64,000 bases of DNA from a bacterium (GTDB lineage Bacteria > UBA8248), in the NCBI GenBank assembly GCA_965204535.1, contig OZ241996.1, forward strand, positions 64,001 to 128,000, given 5' to 3'. This document shows positions 59,794 to 64,000 of the stretch, one piece after another. Within the stretch, counting starts at the first letter, position 1; every line of letters begins with the position of its first letter. Both the position numbers and the translations under genes were made by a program. The notes under the pieces are model-generated. The model was not told the origin of the DNA and made no database searches. It saw only the letters and a list, made by a program, of their open reading frames with translations.

Positions 59794-59919
59794 TGTAATT
59801 CCTGCACTATAAACTACAAATGATTGAATTTTAGGTTATTTTAGTAGTCGGACCAGAAGTCATGCCTCGTGAACATCAGCCTTTGGGGGCCAAACCACCC
59901 CACTTTATATTGAGAAATT

Positions 59920-60849
59920 TTAGGCTTTGGCTGCAGAGCTTCTTTTGCCTCGGGAGCCTCGGCGGGCCGGCTCCGGCCACGCCAGCAGGATGGGACTCGC
60001 CACGTATATCGAGGAATACGTGCCGGCCACGATGCCGACAGCCAGGGCGAACGCCACGTCGGAGATGATGTCGCCACCCAGGAGGAGGAACGCCAGCACG
60101 GCGACGAGCGTCGTGCCTGAGGTGAGCAGCGTGCGCGAAAGCGTCTGGTTGATGGATTTGTTGACGAGTCCTGAAAACTCGGCGCGCCTCGAAGCGCGCG
60201 TATTCTCGCGGATGCGGTCGAACACGACGATGGTGTCGTTCAGCGAATAACCGATGATCGTCAAGACGGCGGCCACGATCGGGAGTGAGAACTCCTTGCC
60301 GGACAAGGAGAAGACGCCGAGCGTGATGATGACGTCGTGCAAAAGCGCCACGACCGAGGCAATCGCCTGTCGAAACTGAAACCGGAAACTGATGTAGATC
60401 AGGATACCGATGAGAGCGAACAGCATGCTGCTGAGCGCCTTCTGGCGTAAATCTGCACCCACTTTGGGCCCCACCATCTCGGTTCTGCGCATCTCGAATG
60501 CGTCTTTGCCGAATTTCTTGATGAGCGCGGTTTTCACGACGGATTCGACGCCCTTGATGTCGCCCGAGCTTTTCTCCACGCGAATCAGGAACTCCCCCTC
60601 GGAGCCGAAATTCTGGATGACCGTATCGCCCAAAGAGAGCCCCGCGACGGCGCTTCGCACGTCGCCAATCGGCTTGGCTTCCTTGAATTGCACCTGCACC
60701 AGCGTTCCGCCGGTGAAATCGATGCCGTAGTTGATCCCCTTGGTCATCAGCAGGAGAAGGGACAACACGACGAACGCGGTGGAGACGCCGACGAAGAGCT
60801 TGATCTTGCCGATGATGTCGAACGATGCGTCTGGCCGGATAATTTCCAT
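59920..60849 (-). CDS. secF: Protein translocase subunit SecF
   Basis: GIDFTGG, VGPKVG, GYSLNDTIVVFDRIRE. Confidence 0.97.
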   Translation of the reverse strand: MEIIRPDASFDIIGKIKLFVGVSTAFVVLSLLLLMTKGINYGIDFTGGTLVQVQFKEAKPIGDVRSAVAGLSLGDTVIQNFGSEGEFLIRVEKSSGDIKGVESVVKTALIKKFGKDAFEMRRTEMVGPKVGADLRQKALSSMLFALIGILIYISFRFQFRQAIASVVALLHDVIITLGVFSLSGKEFSLPIVAAVLTIIGYSLNDTIVVFDRIRENTRASRRAEFSGLVNKSINQTLSRTLLTSGTTLVAVLAFLLLGGDIISDVAFALAVGIVAGTYSSIYVASPILLAWPEPARRGSRGKRSSAAKA

Positions 60850-62399
60850 TAGATGCTCAAACTCCTCACGTCGGTTCGGTACAGGAAGAAGTCATAGACG
60901 AATCGGGTGACGAAAATCGCGGTGAACATGCTCGCCACGATGCCGATGCTCAAGGTGACGGCGAATCCCTTGATGGGACCCGTCCCGAACTGCAGGAGCA
61001 CCAGTGCGGCGATGAGCGTCGTTACGTTCGCGTCCAGAATGGTGAGGAAAGCCTTGCCGTACCCCGAATCGATGGCGGAGCGGATGGTTTTCCCCAGGCG
61101 CAACTCTTCCCTGACGCGCTCGAAAATCAGGACGTTGGCGTCGACCGCCATGCCGACCGTGAGCACGATGCCCGCGATTCCCGGCAGGGTCAGCGTGGCG
61201 CCGAAAAACCCGAGCGCGCCCATGAGGATCAGCAGGTTGAACAGAAGCGCCATGATGGCCACCGCGCCGCTCAACTTGTAGTAGATTCCCATGAATACCA
61301 AAACCAGAGCGAAACCGACGATGATGCTGATGAGTCCCTGTCGTACGGAATCGGCTCCCAGCGAAGGCCCGACGTTTCTCTCCTCCAGAACTTCCACCGG
61401 GGCGGGAAGCGCACCCGCTCTCAGCGCGATCGCCAGATCCGTCGCCTCTTCGAGCGTGAAACTCCCTGTTATCTGCGCCCTGCCCTGGCTGATTCGCTCC
61501 TGAATGACGGGCGCGCTATAAATGACGCCGTCGAGCACGATGGCGAGGCGCCTGCCCACGTTGGCCGCCGTGAGGCGGTCGAACGCATCCCCCCCCACGG
61601 AATCGAACGCGATGGCCACGTAGGACTGGTTGAAGCGGTCGCCGATTTCCACGCGCGCATCGGTCAGGTTGTCCCCGGTCAGGGCGGCTTCTTTTTTCAC
61701 CAGCAAGGGCGTGCGCTCGATCACCTCGCCCGTCTGACTGTCTCTGGTCACCTGATACAAAAGCTGCAGCCCCTCGGGCGCGCGGCCGCGTTCTACCGCG
61801 CTGGCGACGTTGGCCTGGCTGTCCACCATCTTGAATTCGAGAAGCGCCGTTTTGCCGATTAAAGACTTCGCCCGGGAGGGGTCTTCCACGCCCGGAAGCT
61901 GGATGATGATGCGGCGCTCTCCCTGGCGCTGGAGCGTGGGTTCACGCACGCCGAACTGATCGATGCGGTTTCGAATCGTCTCGAGCGCCTGAATGATGGC
62001 CTGCTCTTTCGTGCGCTCCACCTGTTGTGAGGAAAGGAAATAAGCGAACGTCGGAGGGGCGCCCTCCTCCCGCTCCAGGGTGAGATCGGGGTAATTCTGC
62101 ATCATCGAGAGGAAGCGCCCCCTGTCGCCGGGGCGATGCAGGGTCACGGTCAGCCTCAGACCGTCGCGCTTGAAGGTACGGGTGCGGATGTCGTCTATGG
62201 AAAGGCGGTTTCGAAGCTCCGTGAAGTAGCGGCTCATCTTCGATTCCACCGCTTTTTCGGATTGCACCTCGAGAACGAGATGAATCCCGCCCTGCAGATC
62301 AAGGCCTAAGTTGATGCGCTCGGCCGGAGGAATCAGATAAAACGCGGAGACGGCGATAACGATGGCTATCAGACCCGCCCGCCAGCTTGCACCCCTCAT
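60849..62399 (-). CDS. secD: Protein translocase subunit SecD
   Basis: LGLDLQGG, VGPSLG, GMAVDANV. Confidence 0.97.
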   Translation of the reverse strand: MRGASWRAGLIAIVIAVSAFYLIPPAERINLGLDLQGGIHLVLEVQSEKAVESKMSRYFTELRNRLSIDDIRTRTFKRDGLRLTVTLHRPGDRGRFLSMMQNYPDLTLEREEGAPPTFAYFLSSQQVERTKEQAIIQALETIRNRIDQFGVREPTLQRQGERRIIIQLPGVEDPSRAKSLIGKTALLEFKMVDSQANVASAVERGRAPEGLQLLYQVTRDSQTGEVIERTPLLVKKEAALTGDNLTDARVEIGDRFNQSYVAIAFDSVGGDAFDRLTAANVGRRLAIVLDGVIYSAPVIQERISQGRAQITGSFTLEEATDLAIALRAGALPAPVEVLEERNVGPSLGADSVRQGLISIIVGFALVLVFMGIYYKLSGAVAIMALLFNLLILMGALGFFGATLTLPGIAGIVLTVGMAVDANVLIFERVREELRLGKTIRSAIDSGYGKAFLTILDANVTTLIAALVLLQFGTGPIKGFAVTLSIGIVASMFTAIFVTRFVYDFFLYRTDVRSLSI

Positions 62400-62474
62400 G
62401 AAACTCTCCTTACGCCGGGCGGCTCCATGCCGCCCGTACCGGAAACCATTTCACCGGGTGAAGGCGAAATGACT

Positions 62475-62870
62475 TCACTTTTGTTTTTCTGGTTTTTCTT
62501 TCTGGGGAGCCTTGTTCTGCTCCGCATTCGCGCTCGAACCCGCAGCCGTCACAAAAGACTTCTGCACGCGAATACGCACGTTTTCATCCACTTTCAGCGT
62601 CACGATGTCGTCTTTGATTCTAGCCACTTCTCCCAGAATTCCACTCGCGACCACCTGATCTCCGGGCTTGAGGGCCTCCTGCATCCTCTTGATTTCCTGC
62701 TGCCTCTTCTGTTGGGGCCTGATCATGATGAAATAGATGATGGCGAAAATCATCAGGAACGGCGCCAGCTGAATCAGGAAACTGGGCTGCCCGCCACCCC
62801 CGCCGGAAGGAGGAGCCATGGCGTACGCAACAGAAGAATCCGCCAACCATGCCGCTAAAGAATCCAACAT
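62475..62870 (-). CDS. yajC: Preprotein translocase subunit YajC
   Basis: YFIMIRPQQKR, LKPGDQV; tgt-yajC-secDF synteny. Confidence 0.95.
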   Translation of the reverse strand: MLDSLAAWLADSSVAYAMAPPSGGGGGQPSFLIQLAPFLMIFAIIYFIMIRPQQKRQQEIKRMQEALKPGDQVVASGILGEVARIKDDIVTLKVDENVRIRVQKSFVTAAGSSANAEQNKAPQKEKPEKQK

Positions 62871-62971
62871 TCCCGAATCTCCATGGAAATTACGCTAAGC
62901 CTGTCCTCATAGCCAAGGCTTCGTAGCAAAGCCCCCGCTCCTTGTCAACAAAGGCATTAAGAATCAGTCGC

Positions 62972-64000
<1,029 letters not shown>

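Overview
A GC-rich bacterial chromosomal segment with no CRISPR array, prophage or intact transposase. The gene order dprA-topA-trmFO-xerC-hslVU-argB and mre-mrd-rSAM-rng suggests a deltaproteobacteria-like or Nitrospinota-like organism (inference only). The left ~22 kb is accessory catabolism: SDR, a divergent sucCD-like ligase, a TAXI-TRAP transporter, crotonase, four PLP enzymes, a DNA-repair-type radical SAM, tRNA-Glu, nitroreductase, an AhpD-like protein with an in-frame UGA plus SECIS-like hairpin, and a secreted ORFan behind a strongly structured leader. 22.8-28 kb is a ubiquitin-like sulfur-carrier operon (cysK, MoaD/CysO-like carrier, ThiF-like, cysM, JAMM, MoeB, Rrf2). The right ~35 kb is housekeeping (thiD, glgP, ppiD, mreBCD-mrdA-rodA, rng, dprA, topA, trmFO, xerC, hslVU, argBDFG, secFD-yajC-tgt). 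The best candidate for an undescribed system is in the sulfur operon. Its two E1-like genes look complementarily degenerate: one keeps only the N-terminal arginine-finger segment, the other keeps the active site but lacks that segment. This suggests an obligate heterodimeric bacterial E1 analogous to the eukaryotic NEDD8/SUMO E1s. Also notable are three composite repeat cassettes bounded by shared IS-like termini. All calls are from motif reading without database searches.
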